The position numbers and the translations under genes are program-made. From positions 18,046 through 82,045 of the IMG/VR virus record IMGVR_UViG_3300033156_000312: 64,000 nucleotides of DNA; one strand, 5' to 3'. Within the stretch, counting starts at the first letter, position 1. Each line of letters opens with the position of its first letter. The notes beneath the pieces are model-generated. The model was not told the DNA's origin, ran no database searches, and saw only the letters and a list, made by a program, of their open reading frames with translations. The stretch comes from a virus. Positions 27,689 to 37,919 of this stretch are shown in pieces.

Positions 27689-28390
27689 TTACGCTGTCGG
27701 GTCATATTCTGAATATGTTGCAAATAATCTCCAACACCTTGCATTTTTATCCCACGTTATAGCATTTTTAGAGCCATCTTCATTGTATAAAGGACTTCGT
27801 TTTGGATTTCCATTTTCGTCATTTACTATATTTCCGTTAGAGTCTCTTTCAACAAAATAACACGATTTAATATCAATTTCAATTGCTTTTACTCCCCAAC
27901 TTTTTGTTTTTGCATCAAAATCTAAATGAAGTGGCCCTATCATTTGAACACCGTCTAATCCATGTTCATTTTCATTAGATAATTTTATATTTGGTTCTTC
28001 TGTCCAAAATTGTTGAGTGTGAGGGTTATAATCTGTCATATCTTCATATTCTACAATTTCTAATTGTTCTGAAATTAAAGCTCCTCCTGACCATCTTGTA
28101 TGAGAATGTTTATTATAAGCTTTATTGGGAGTTGCATCAGGAGCTATTGCCCCATAGCTGGGATATAATAATTCTAAATCATTCCAAGCTAACAGTCCCC
28201 CGTAAATCCCCCCAGCTCCACTTCCAGGCTCAACGGGCCCAGATAAACTTCTGTCTCGAATACCTCCTACTTTAGAATACGGAACTGGTTCGTCATGTTC
28301 TTCTGTATCTGATAACTGTCTTAATTTTGCTTTTAAATTGACTATTTCTTGTTCTAACAATTCAATTCGTTGATTTAGTGTCAACTTCAT
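27689..28390 (-). CDS. Putative tail tip protein
   Basis: N-terminal coiled coil; position. Confidence 0.45.
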   Translation of the reverse strand: MKLTLNQRIELLEQEIVNLKAKLRQLSDTEEHDEPVPYSKVGGIRDRSLSGPVEPGSGAGGIYGGLLAWNDLELLYPSYGAIAPDATPNKAYNKHSHTRWSGGALISEQLEIVEYEDMTDYNPHTQQFWTEEPNIKLSNENEHGLDGVQMIGPLHLDFDAKTKSWGVKAIEIDIKSCYFVERDSNGNIVNDENGNPKRSPLYNEDGSKNAITWDKNARCWRLFATYSEYDPTA

Positions 28391-28399
28391 ATATTCTCC

Positions 28400-31192
28400 T
28401 TACTCACCATGATAAGGTAAACTGACTGTTCGTATAAAACTCCTATCATTTTTAAGTTGTAAAGTTACTTTAAAAGTATTCAAATTATAAGACATTGACT
28501 GTATATTTAATGACTGTTCCAACATTTCTGGGACATATATTCTATTTGTTAAATCAATATTATAAAAACAAACAGCATCTATTATTAAATCTATCGTTCC
28601 TTCTATAGTTTTATCACAAGTTTTACTTAATTGCCAATTAGCATAATCATGAGCAAAAGGCTTATCATCCCATGAAGGAACATGCACTGCTCTCCCATCT
28701 GAATCTACATACCAGCCTCCTGTTTGGGCATTGAGATTTGTTAAAGATAACTGTCCTACTATTGTCGTAGGATAACTTCCCATTTTAGATGTTACAAATT
28801 TTAGTGGATGTTCATCGTCTCCTGGGGGTGGAGGAGGTGATAATTCAGGGTCTTCACTTGGGTCTTCTGTTCTTGAATAATATTTTTTCTTCCACAATTT
28901 TAACCTAATTCCAGGAGCTCTAACCGATGTAATTTCGCCATAGTCATTCATTTTATATAAATATATAGGGTCATTAAATGTAAGAATTCCGTCTTTATAA
29001 TCTATAGTAAATCCATCTCGCAATTTGCCATCTGGTTCTGTCTTTGTATAATCACTGGCTCCATCAGGTAAAAATACGTATACTCCAGGAGTAAAAACAT
29101 CCGTCCACTCTTCTAAGTTAGGGTCTAAAGGAGGCAGTTTGTATCGTCTGAATACGTTTTTGTATTGATTTGCCATATGAGATGGGTGATAATTCCACCC
29201 ATAACCATGACCTCCATCTTTTCTTACTAATACTTCATTTGCTGAGTCCCAATCTGGAATAGCAGATATAGCAACAAAATTATACATGTATCCTTCATAA
29301 GTTTTATATCTGTCTTCATATCTTCCATTATCTTCGTTATACCATCTAAATCGTCTAACTACCCAGTTACCCATTGTAACTCTTAATTTATTTACAATAT
29401 TTGCAACTGATTCGGTAATATTATGAGATAATACTTGATATATATTAAGATTTGTTCCTATTTTCTGTCTTTCTAATGTAATTATGCTTCCATTTCCAGC
29501 TCTCCATAACTTTCTATTTTCATCAACATCATAAAACCAACCAAAGTTCCCTGCTTCTTGAACTAATTGACTAATACAATCTGATGTTCCAATACCAAAA
29601 CAATTTATTGACTGTGGTATAAAATCTCCTATTCCAGGATTCCATCCACAAGCACTTAATCCTGCTGAAATAGTAGAATAATATACTTCTTTGGCATCGC
29701 TGGGTTTGTGCCCTATATAAAAATATTGATTATCACGATTATCTAACCAATATTTATCTTGACAATTTACACTTATTGTGTCTGGAGTATCAGTGGGCAT
29801 AATATCTACCACATATCCACTATATAATGTAAAATATCCACTCCAATCAGAATAATAATAGCGAATTGAGACTGAGGATTCTACTGAAGGTTTAGTGTCA
29901 TCATAAGGTCTTCCAAGAGTAAACGAAGCAGTATGAGAAGTGTTTAATGCTTTTGTAATAATGATAGAATCTATATCTGCATCAGTTTGTTCAACTCCAT
30001 TAATAAAAACTTTAATGAATTCTTTGCCTTGAGATTGAAATCCTGCATCTCCTGGAGTCATCCATTCTGCTATCATTCTGAAATCGTTAGTTACATCATA
30101 AATTTGTCTTCCAATTGTTCTAATATCATTATCAACATCATATTCTTTAGCATAAGCCATATTGACCGTGTTTATACAAGTCCCTAATACTCTTTTAACA
30201 GTGTTTATTTTGTTATTTATGACTTCAAGAACAGTTTTTACGAAATTAAATTTGTTTAATGTGTCAGAAAGAACCTGAATAACAGTGTTAATTTTACTGT
30301 CTATATCATATCGTTTTTGAATAACCATACGAAAATCGTTATCTATATCGTCTACAGTTCCAGATACAATTTCATCACTAAATAATATAGTATCTGCTGG
30401 TTCTATTTTTTCTCTCGAAACATTCAAATAGATGTCATCACTTAATTGTATAGTATCATGTTCAAATACTTCTTTAGCAAACGTAATCTCATCAGAAATA
30501 TTTAAAATATCTGAGAGTTCTTTCTTAAAGAGCGGATAATTAAGATAAATATCATCAGAAATATTTAATGTATCAGATAAAAATATTTCTATTTTCTGTT
30601 CCATATTTTCAGTGCGAGCAGTATAAGTTGAAGCCCCAGAAGCTTTACCATGTGAAAATCCAGCATATAAATAACGATAAGTAGTATTATTACATGTTAT
30701 TATGAGAGTATCTACTATATTCGTATCATTTGCTCTATCCGTCGAAGAAGAATATATTTTACACGTAGCCGTAGTGCCACTTCGAGAGACTTTAAGATAA
30801 TAAGTCGTATATTTTGATAACCAGTCGGTAGAATCTGTTTGTCCGTTTGCCGCATCTTTAAGACTTATTTTTATTTGGGTAGCTCCGTTTTTATTAATAG
30901 TAGATACAATCAATCCATTGGACATACTTAAATAATAATTTAAATCATTAGAAATACCCCAATGACCATGTATATTATAATCTCCTGTAGCACCTGTTAC
31001 TATATCAGGATATATATCAAAATCAAAGGTTACATCTCCAAAGTATCCAGCCCCAAAATCTTTATAGACATAAGTGCTATCTTTAATTTCTAATGAGCCT
31101 TGACAAGATAAACCATCTGTAGATATATCCCATGTGCTATTATTACCTGTCGGGTCATAGACAGTGTATGTTTGAAAGTTCTCGTAAGCCAT
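28400..31192 (-). CDS. Tail hub/baseplate-like protein with N-terminal lectin-like domain and short repeats
   Basis: LSDTLNISD and DND.R repeats; hub-like beta core; downstream of tape measure. Confidence 0.6.
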   Translation of the reverse strand: MAYENFQTYTVYDPTGNNSTWDISTDGLSCQGSLEIKDSTYVYKDFGAGYFGDVTFDFDIYPDIVTGATGDYNIHGHWGISNDLNYYLSMSNGLIVSTINKNGATQIKISLKDAANGQTDSTDWLSKYTTYYLKVSRSGTTATCKIYSSSTDRANDTNIVDTLIITCNNTTYRYLYAGFSHGKASGASTYTARTENMEQKIEIFLSDTLNISDDIYLNYPLFKKELSDILNISDEITFAKEVFEHDTIQLSDDIYLNVSREKIEPADTILFSDEIVSGTVDDIDNDFRMVIQKRYDIDSKINTVIQVLSDTLNKFNFVKTVLEVINNKINTVKRVLGTCINTVNMAYAKEYDVDNDIRTIGRQIYDVTNDFRMIAEWMTPGDAGFQSQGKEFIKVFINGVEQTDADIDSIIITKALNTSHTASFTLGRPYDDTKPSVESSVSIRYYYSDWSGYFTLYSGYVVDIMPTDTPDTISVNCQDKYWLDNRDNQYFYIGHKPSDAKEVYYSTISAGLSACGWNPGIGDFIPQSINCFGIGTSDCISQLVQEAGNFGWFYDVDENRKLWRAGNGSIITLERQKIGTNLNIYQVLSHNITESVANIVNKLRVTMGNWVVRRFRWYNEDNGRYEDRYKTYEGYMYNFVAISAIPDWDSANEVLVRKDGGHGYGWNYHPSHMANQYKNVFRRYKLPPLDPNLEEWTDVFTPGVYVFLPDGASDYTKTEPDGKLRDGFTIDYKDGILTFNDPIYLYKMNDYGEITSVRAPGIRLKLWKKKYYSRTEDPSEDPELSPPPPPGDDEHPLKFVTSKMGSYPTTIVGQLSLTNLNAQTGGWYVDSDGRAVHVPSWDDKPFAHDYANWQLSKTCDKTIEGTIDLIIDAVCFYNIDLTNRIYVPEMLEQSLNIQSMSYNLNTFKVTLQLKNDRSFIRTVSLPYHGE

Positions 31193-31218
31193 ACTTAATT
31201 CCTCTTAGATATTTAGTA

Positions 31219-31746
31219 TTATGCTCCTGCAACTGTAATAGTTATCTTTACATACAAATCAGTATCGTTATCAACAGATTTGGCATTAAATACGAATCTA
31301 TCAAGCATTATAGAACCTGTTACTGTTCCACTATCAAAAATTCCAGCTTCTTTAATATCATAAGATTCACCTGTGCCAAAACTGAAAGTTTTCTCGAAAG
31401 TGCATTTATAATCTGCTAAATATGCACGAGTTGCCTCTTCTCTTGCAACTTCATTCTTTAAAGCTGTATCACCAGCCACGACTGAATCGCCTGTTTCACT
31501 AATTCCAACAGCTATATGAGTAAATTCAGTTATACCTGTTCCTATTCCGCCAAGCAATTTTGCGACGTGTTCTTTACCAGTATTAACTATCATATTTTTA
31601 ACTTCTTCATGTTCTACAACAGTGCCATCTTTCTTTCTGGTTTCGATTATTGCATCGCCTATAAGAATTATCCCGTCTTTCATTTTACGTTTCCTCCTCA
31701 GATTCATTTCTATTTTATCTCGTAATACAAATTTTTCTTTTTTCAT
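31219..31746 (-). CDS. Tail structural protein
   Basis: N.IVN.G, HIAVG..D.AL.NE..R, I.EAGIF..G.M pattern typical of tail proteins. Confidence 0.7.
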   Translation of the reverse strand: MKKEKFVLRDKIEMNLRRKRKMKDGIILIGDAIIETRKKDGTVVEHEEVKNMIVNTGKEHVAKLLGGIGTGITEFTHIAVGISETGDSVVAGDTALKNEVAREEATRAYLADYKCTFEKTFSFGTGESYDIKEAGIFDSGTVTGSIMLDRFVFNAKSVDNDTDLYVKITITVAGA

Positions 31747-31747
31747 A

Positions 31748-32176
31748 TTATCTCCATCCAGCAGGATTTAATCCTACGATTTTCCTATCATTTATGTCAA
31801 AGTCTCTTCTGACTATATCCCCAATTTTATATCTACTGTCTAAAGTCTGAAAAAGAGTTATACGATAGCTCACTACTTTTTTTCCTTTACGTCCCATGAT
31901 GTAAGCATATTCAATTCTGGGTTTATTATTAAGCTTTTCTATTGTCTTCCCGATTCTCGCCCAATCTTTTGTAGCTTCTATCATGTGATAATATTCATCA
32001 TAACCATGTAAAGTCAAATAATTACCGTCAGGTAATCTATAAAATATTCTTTTAATTTTCTTATCGGGCATATCATTCCAACCAGTGTTGAAATAACTTT
32101 TACCCCCTTCATACGCACTTCCATCGCTGAAAATTACTTGATAAAGAGCTTGATTTTTTTTATCACTCTTTTTCAT
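31748..32176 (-). CDS. Hypothetical protein
   Basis: ORF track, operon packing. Confidence 0.55.
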   Translation of the reverse strand: MKKSDKKNQALYQVIFSDGSAYEGGKSYFNTGWNDMPDKKIKRIFYRLPDGNYLTLHGYDEYYHMIEATKDWARIGKTIEKLNNKPRIEYAYIMGRKGKKVVSYRITLFQTLDSRYKIGDIVRRDFDINDRKIVGLNPAGWR

Positions 32177-32616
32177 TATTTTATCTCCTTTACAGTTATA
32201 CCTTTAATGATTGTTACAAGCGATTTCAAATTATATATTGCTTTCATAAGAATTCTTTTTCCTTTTCTCTTAGCTTCGCATAATCCACAAGCTTCAGTTG
32301 TTTTAATGAAAGTTCTTAGTTCCAACTCTATAGACTTACCATTAACATCGATATTTGCTTTTAATGAAACTTGATAGCGATTTTTTCGTCTATCAAGTCG
32401 CTTTCTATTTAATTCTTTGAATCTTTGTTGAACTTTTGCTGGAATTGGTTCCTCACGTTTTTCAAGAACAATATTACATTTGTTACATTTCATTGTTGCT
32501 ACTTGTGAAATAGCCTTAATAACTTCAAATTGATTCTGCTCTTTCTGTTCAACTTTGGATTTCATTTCCTGAATCAAAATGAAGTTTTGTCTATTACCGC
32601 ATTTTGGACATTGCAT
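32176..32616 (-). CDS. Zn-ribbon hypothetical protein
   Basis: CPKC and CNKC. Confidence 0.55.
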   Translation of the reverse strand: MQCPKCGNRQNFILIQEMKSKVEQKEQNQFEVIKAISQVATMKCNKCNIVLEKREEPIPAKVQQRFKELNRKRLDRRKNRYQVSLKANIDVNGKSIELELRTFIKTTEACGLCEAKRKGKRILMKAIYNLKSLVTIIKGITVKEIK

Positions 32617-32646
32617 TATTATCTCCTTTGTTTATAATCAATTATC

Positions 32647-33312
32647 TTAATTCCAGGTATATCTACATGTTAATACAAAAGTTTCAACTGCTGGAGTTCC
32701 GTAACCTGCTGGGATTACAATTTTGAGATTAGCATAAAGATTTCTCTCTGATTCACCAGTTGATAAACTTATAGCTCCATTACCATCATTCAATTGTAAC
32801 ACTCTTGCAGAATCATCACCAGCTATCGCAGTTCCAGTCCAATCTACACCAGGAAGTGAAGAAGTTGTGCAAATAGCCTTAATCATAGAATTTGCAGGTG
32901 TTCCATTACCAAGAACATGTTTAGCATATGTAGTATGATTATCATCATCCCATGCTTCTAATTGAGGTTCAGAAGCAGTATCTCCATCAAAAGCAAAATT
33001 AAAAACATATCTCTTATTTTCACCCATACCAATAACTTTATGAGTATAATATGAACCTCCAACATCATGAGAATAATCCATTAACAAACAGAGAGCTACT
33101 GTAACATCTACAGACGCATCTATAATAGTTGCCGCTTCATTTAACTCTGTCGGAGTGGGTTCAGAAGTCATTAAATCTTTGACTATTGCACTCCCTGCCG
33201 TCCAAATCAGATAATCGTGGTCAAGGTCTAAAGCAATATACCCTGCACCAGTATCTTCATAAGCTAAATCTGCATCCACATAATTTACTCTTACTGTTAG
33301 ATTTGTTGCCAT
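32647..33312 (-). CDS. Tail structural protein
   Basis: Acidic beta-rich protein, AGGAGG SD, position. Confidence 0.55.
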   Translation of the reverse strand: MATNLTVRVNYVDADLAYEDTGAGYIALDLDHDYLIWTAGSAIVKDLMTSEPTPTELNEAATIIDASVDVTVALCLLMDYSHDVGGSYYTHKVIGMGENKRYVFNFAFDGDTASEPQLEAWDDDNHTTYAKHVLGNGTPANSMIKAICTTSSLPGVDWTGTAIAGDDSARVLQLNDGNGAISLSTGESERNLYANLKIVIPAGYGTPAVETFVLTCRYTWN

Positions 33313-33348
33313 CGTATTCCTCCTACTGATTTCTTTTTCGTATATCCA

Positions 33349-33771
33349 TTAATACGCTAATACTAAAAATGCTACTCTATACTCTTGAACTCCCACTCTC
33401 ATTGATTGTGGAAATTCTATCTCTGATATTCTTCTGACCGTATAAGACCAGTCTGTAGTCCATGCACCCCCAGTAATAGGTCTATGCTTTAAAGTTAATG
33501 TAGCAACATCAGTTGTAATATTTGAACGCATAGTATTCATCAAAGTAGTTATATCTTCATAACCATCAGCATCATATAACTTTCCTCTGACTTCAATTGT
33601 CTGACTTTTTTTACCTCCAGGAATTACTATAGCACCATCTCCTCTATTACCTTGAATAATTGTAGCTTTCATTCCTTCTTTAGGGTCAGTTACATGAAAT
33701 ACATATGGTAAATCATAATCATGAGTGCCATCATCAAAATTTACTACTACTTCATAATCTTGATATGCCAT
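33349..33771 (-). CDS. Distal tail (Dit-like) protein
   Basis: Immediately after tape measure; size and beta pattern. Confidence 0.55.
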   Translation of the reverse strand: MAYQDYEVVVNFDDGTHDYDLPYVFHVTDPKEGMKATIIQGNRGDGAIVIPGGKKSQTIEVRGKLYDADGYEDITTLMNTMRSNITTDVATLTLKHRPITGGAWTTDWSYTVRRISEIEFPQSMRVGVQEYRVAFLVLAY

Positions 33772-33784
33772 ATATTATCTCCTC

Positions 33785-36568
33785 TTACATAAATTTTCTT
33801 GTTTGGTCAGCAAAGCGTTTTTGGAATCTCTGGTCTTCTAATAGTTTTTGTTTGATTTGCTTTCCAATAGAATCTGCTATTTCTTCTGCTGTTTCACCTT
33901 CTGCTGTGAACGTCATATCACCGATACTAATTTCTATTCGTCTTTCTCGTGTTCTTTCTGCTTCTATCATTCCACGTCTTACACCTTCAGCAATATTTTC
34001 TGCTGTTAATTTTTCTGGAGGAATTAATGCTTGTGAAGGGAACAATTCAGAATATAACTCTCCCATTACTGCTCCACCTAACTCTCTGGCTCTACGTTTG
34101 CGTTGAACTTCTCTCCAATCTATTCTTGTCTCTTCCCATGTTTCTCCATATCCTCCAGTTACTATTGCTCGTTTGCTTCCTTCTTCAATTCCTTGTGCGG
34201 TAGCATCAGAAAACATTTGAGTAAAGATTTCTCTCATTCGTCCTTCCAATTCAGTAGTCCATTCTGTTCCCAAATCTTTAAAAGATTGTCTCCAAATTCT
34301 CATATGCTCTTCAACTTTACTTTTTGTTTCATCTGCACCTAATATGGGAGTTGCTTCTCCTCTATCAGCTCTCTTTAATTCACTTACAATATCTCTCCAT
34401 TGTTTTCTAAAATCTTCAAGAGCTGGAGGGATTCCTTCAGTCCAAACTTTCCAAAATTCGTTAGCAGTTTTTGGGAAGCTTTCATCGAATATTTCAATAT
34501 CAGGCAATCTCCACAAGGATTTGCGAATATCATTAACAGCTTCTTGACCTTTTTTAGAAAAATGACTAAAATATTGGTCAATCAAAGTTCTATCTTCTAT
34601 ATCTCTTCTATATCTTCCAGCCAATTGTTCTGGAGTTAATTTCATTAATTCCATTACTCTTCGTAGTTTATTTCGTTCATATTTATCAGCTTGTGCGAAA
34701 GATGTATATAAACCTCTAATGGCTTCTCTTTGTCGTTGTCTTATGTTAAGTTGTTCTAATTGAACTTGATTCATCATTTTAGCAACATTGACTAATTCTT
34801 TTTCTGTAATAACATGAGCTTGTGTAATTCTTAATACTTCAGCCCAATCTTGTTTTAAAACGGCAATTAGTAATTTTTGCTTGTTAACTTCTATTCCTTG
34901 ATTTTTTAAAGATTCAGTTACAGCATCAACATAATCGAGTAATTTTTGTTGAGATATTTGCATTTCATCATATCCCAATATCTCTAACTTGCGATAATTA
35001 ATTAAATCTTCTTGTAATTGTAATCGCATTTTAATAGCTTCATCAATTTCATATTCTGCATTCATCTGTGCTTCTAATTCTTTTAGTTCTTCTTCTCGCT
35101 GTTTCTCAAGTTCTTCTAATCTTGCTCTTCTTCTATCAAACCATTCTTCTCCAGCTTTAGCCCCTGCCCCAACAACAGTTTCTAATCCTTGTTTCTTTAA
35201 TTCATCTTGATAGCGTTTCATCATTTTTGGTAGTGCGGCAAATGGGAATAAAGATTCTATTATTTGCTCTCCTTTTGTTTTGGGAGTCATAGCTAATAGA
35301 CCTCTCCAAACCGCTTTAATTCCTTTGCCCACTTCTCCTAATTGTGCTCCTGCAATTGTGGCATTTAATGACATTCTTTCAAGCCATTTATTTACATCTT
35401 TTAAAGCTTCAACAAAATCATCTGTTCGAGTTATTCCGATAACAAAATCTTTAATTAACATGTTAAAATTATCTCTCATATTTTCTAATTGAACTTCAGG
35501 GGTATTATCTCGAATTTCTAATAACGCATCTGCCATCCCTTTTGAATTTTTCTGTAAATCTACTAAAGTTTCATTGAATCTTTCACCCATAGCAACCATG
35601 GCTCGAATTATACGTTTAGAACGTATATTAAATATTTTACTAAGTCTTTTTTCAATTTCTGGCGTTGTTTTACCCATTTTTCTAAAAGTATCTATTAATT
35701 CTTTTAAAATGTCGAACCAATCTAAAGCTCGTTTTGGGTCAAATGCTTTTCCTAATTCTTTTTCTACTGCTGGAAGTTTTTGTGCTAATTCATCTAAACT
35801 TCGCCCAAATAGACGACCAGACCTTCCACCTTTCAATAAAGCATCGTGAGATACTGCTAATACTGCAACTAATTCAGTCATACTAAGACCAAAAGCTTTT
35901 GCTTGCCCACCAACATTGGCGATAGCTTGAGCCAATTCATTCATTTCTATTTCATGGTCTGACCAAGCTCTTGCCAAAACATCGGCAATTTTTCTCATTT
36001 TCTCTTGTTTTGTGGTAACTCCTTCTATATTATCTCCTAATAGACGATACATAGCAGATACAGTTTTTGCAGTCATAGCTACATCACCATAAGTTCCTTT
36101 AGCTAATGTTACCGCAGGGATTGTTGCCATAATAGCATCTCTAAATGTCAGACCCGATGTGCCCATTCGATAGTAAGCTTCTATAACTTCTTTTGAAGTT
36201 CCTGCATGGGTTCTTGCAAATGTTTCGGCAAGTCCTCTCAATTCTTCCATAGCTCTTGCCATTCCTTCAGGTGCTCCTGATGTAACAGCAGAAGCTCTTG
36301 CTATCGCAGATTCTAACTCTACCCAATATCTCACTCCCTGACTTATAGTATTAAAGACCGCCATCATAGCTTGTCTAAATGCAAACCAAACAGGAACAAC
36401 TATAGCTACTCTTTTCAAAGCTTTGATAAATTGCCCTGTCATTCCTGTAGCTCTTTTAGTAGTTTTACCTGTCTTATCTATCTGTTTTTCTATACTTCTG
36501 ATTTGCGTCATAGCGACCTTGCCGCCTTTGACTGTTACCAGAAATGATATTAGATATTTTTTATCCAT
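33785..36568 (-). CDS. Tail tape measure protein (TP901-like core)
   Basis: 927 aa helical, Ala-rich; A.A.G.S..E..A....L....L.G...G pattern. Confidence 0.9.
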   Translation of the reverse strand: MDKKYLISFLVTVKGGKVAMTQIRSIEKQIDKTGKTTKRATGMTGQFIKALKRVAIVVPVWFAFRQAMMAVFNTISQGVRYWVELESAIARASAVTSGAPEGMARAMEELRGLAETFARTHAGTSKEVIEAYYRMGTSGLTFRDAIMATIPAVTLAKGTYGDVAMTAKTVSAMYRLLGDNIEGVTTKQEKMRKIADVLARAWSDHEIEMNELAQAIANVGGQAKAFGLSMTELVAVLAVSHDALLKGGRSGRLFGRSLDELAQKLPAVEKELGKAFDPKRALDWFDILKELIDTFRKMGKTTPEIEKRLSKIFNIRSKRIIRAMVAMGERFNETLVDLQKNSKGMADALLEIRDNTPEVQLENMRDNFNMLIKDFVIGITRTDDFVEALKDVNKWLERMSLNATIAGAQLGEVGKGIKAVWRGLLAMTPKTKGEQIIESLFPFAALPKMMKRYQDELKKQGLETVVGAGAKAGEEWFDRRRARLEELEKQREEELKELEAQMNAEYEIDEAIKMRLQLQEDLINYRKLEILGYDEMQISQQKLLDYVDAVTESLKNQGIEVNKQKLLIAVLKQDWAEVLRITQAHVITEKELVNVAKMMNQVQLEQLNIRQRQREAIRGLYTSFAQADKYERNKLRRVMELMKLTPEQLAGRYRRDIEDRTLIDQYFSHFSKKGQEAVNDIRKSLWRLPDIEIFDESFPKTANEFWKVWTEGIPPALEDFRKQWRDIVSELKRADRGEATPILGADETKSKVEEHMRIWRQSFKDLGTEWTTELEGRMREIFTQMFSDATAQGIEEGSKRAIVTGGYGETWEETRIDWREVQRKRRARELGGAVMGELYSELFPSQALIPPEKLTAENIAEGVRRGMIEAERTRERRIEISIGDMTFTAEGETAEEIADSIGKQIKQKLLEDQRFQKRFADQTRKFM

Positions 36569-36571
36569 TTT

Positions 36572-36916
36572 TTAATGTTTCTCCTTAAAAATTACTGATG
36601 GCAAATTACCTGAAGTATCTCTTTGTCTCTTTTGTTGTTTTGAAGATTTGGGTTTCTCTTCCTCCTGCGATTTATATAATAGATATGCCTCTGTTCTCAT
36701 CTCGTCATCTATTACCTCTTGAGAAATATATGATTTTTTCATCTGTAAGTCATCATATAATACATTATATATCTGAAGCCATTTGAGAAATAATAATTGT
36801 AATCGAGAAAAGTCTATATTATTATAAAACAGATTAATATTACTCATTTCTTTGGCTCTACGATATAGAAATTGATACTGATATGATTTTGCCAACTTTC
36901 TTACAAATTTTTCCAT
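36572..36916 (-). CDS. Probable tail assembly chaperone (second)
   Basis: Between tail tube and tape measure genes. Confidence 0.5.
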   Translation of the reverse strand: MEKFVRKLAKSYQYQFLYRRAKEMSNINLFYNNIDFSRLQLLFLKWLQIYNVLYDDLQMKKSYISQEVIDDEMRTEAYLLYKSQEEEKPKSSKQQKRQRDTSGNLPSVIFKEKH

Positions 36917-36928
36917 ACTTAACTCCTA

Positions 36929-37564
36929 TTACAGAGTAGGAGCAAAAACTAAGTAATTGACATAATAAAAAGTTTTATTAATCAATTCAGAATCAGAAGA
37001 ATTTGCAAATTCTTTATAGCCTCTAAATACTTTCTCCCATTTATCTTCCCCGACTTTCTTTTCCAACACCAAATAAGCATAATAAGAATTAACTTCCAAA
37101 GTCAACTGGTCTTCTATAGAGTAACTAAGTAAATCTGTTTTCTCTATATTAATAGTCATTTGTTGCACTCGAAGCTCACTTATATCATTTTTTAACTTTT
37201 CAATATCTTTTTTATTGTTGGTCTTAGCCAATCTTATCTGAAGCTTCTCTATATCATCTTGCAATCTTATCATCTTCTGTTCCATTTCAGGAATGTCAAT
37301 ACCTTTTTTCTGATATTTTTCAACCCACTGTCTTCTGAAAAACATATCATCATCATCAACATATTTAGCATACGTTTTTCTTCTATGCTTCTCAATATCT
37401 AACTGTTCAGCGTAAGTAGGTTTTCTTACTCTATATACTTGCTCTTTGACTTTAAAAGCTATCTTATTATCTTTTAGTAATTGTTCTATTTCTTTGCCCT
37501 TTTCAAGCTCTGAAATAGTCTTAACCATCTCTTTATTAATTTCTTTCTTGTCCTTACCCATCAC
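36929..37564 (-). CDS. Probable tail assembly chaperone
   Basis: Position; Y.VR.PT..E; coiled coil. Confidence 0.55.
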   Translation of the reverse strand: MMGKDKKEINKEMVKTISELEKGKEIEQLLKDNKIAFKVKEQVYRVRKPTYAEQLDIEKHRRKTYAKYVDDDDMFFRRQWVEKYQKKGIDIPEMEQKMIRLQDDIEKLQIRLAKTNNKKDIEKLKNDISELRVQQMTINIEKTDLLSYSIEDQLTLEVNSYYAYLVLEKKVGEDKWEKVFRGYKEFANSSDSELINKTFYYVNYLVFAPTL

Positions 37565-37605
37565 TTACCTCCTCTTTAGGATAAAAAATACCCGATTCAG
37601 ACAAA

Positions 37606-37830
37606 TTATTTCTGTCTTTCGGGCTTAATTCTAAATTCGACACGACCAATTTCTATAAGTTTCTTCGTAACTCTACTCTGTTCATATATAATTTCTTTAG
37701 CTAAGTCCTTATATAGCTTAGGGTTCAGAGCTTTATTCTTATCCAAAACCTCTATACGTTTACATAAAATTCCGACTAATACCTTTGCTTGGTCGTCTAT
37801 TAGTTTAAATAATCTCTCATACTTTTCCAT
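37606..37830 (-). CDS. Hypothetical protein
   Basis: GAGGT SD. Confidence 0.55.
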   Translation of the reverse strand: MEKYERLFKLIDDQAKVLVGILCKRIEVLDKNKALNPKLYKDLAKEIIYEQSRVTKKLIEIGRVEFRIKPERQK

Positions 37831-37855
37831 TTCTTACCTCTTCTTACTCTAATAA

Positions 37856-37908
37856 GGGGCAGAGAAGCTCTCTAATGAATGTAGCTCAAAGAGAGCAATC
37901 TCTCCCCA
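37856..37908 (-). terminator. Long stem-loop after major tail gene
   Basis: - strand GGGGAGAGA..GCTCTCT-loop-AGAGAGC..CTCTGCCCC followed by TTATT. Confidence 0.55.
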
Positions 37909-37919
37909 TTAGATTAGTA

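Noticed and set aside
36572-37564. Programmed frameshift between tail chaperones
   Set aside because: The second ORF has its own AGGAG SD and ATG; no convincing slippery site at the end of the first
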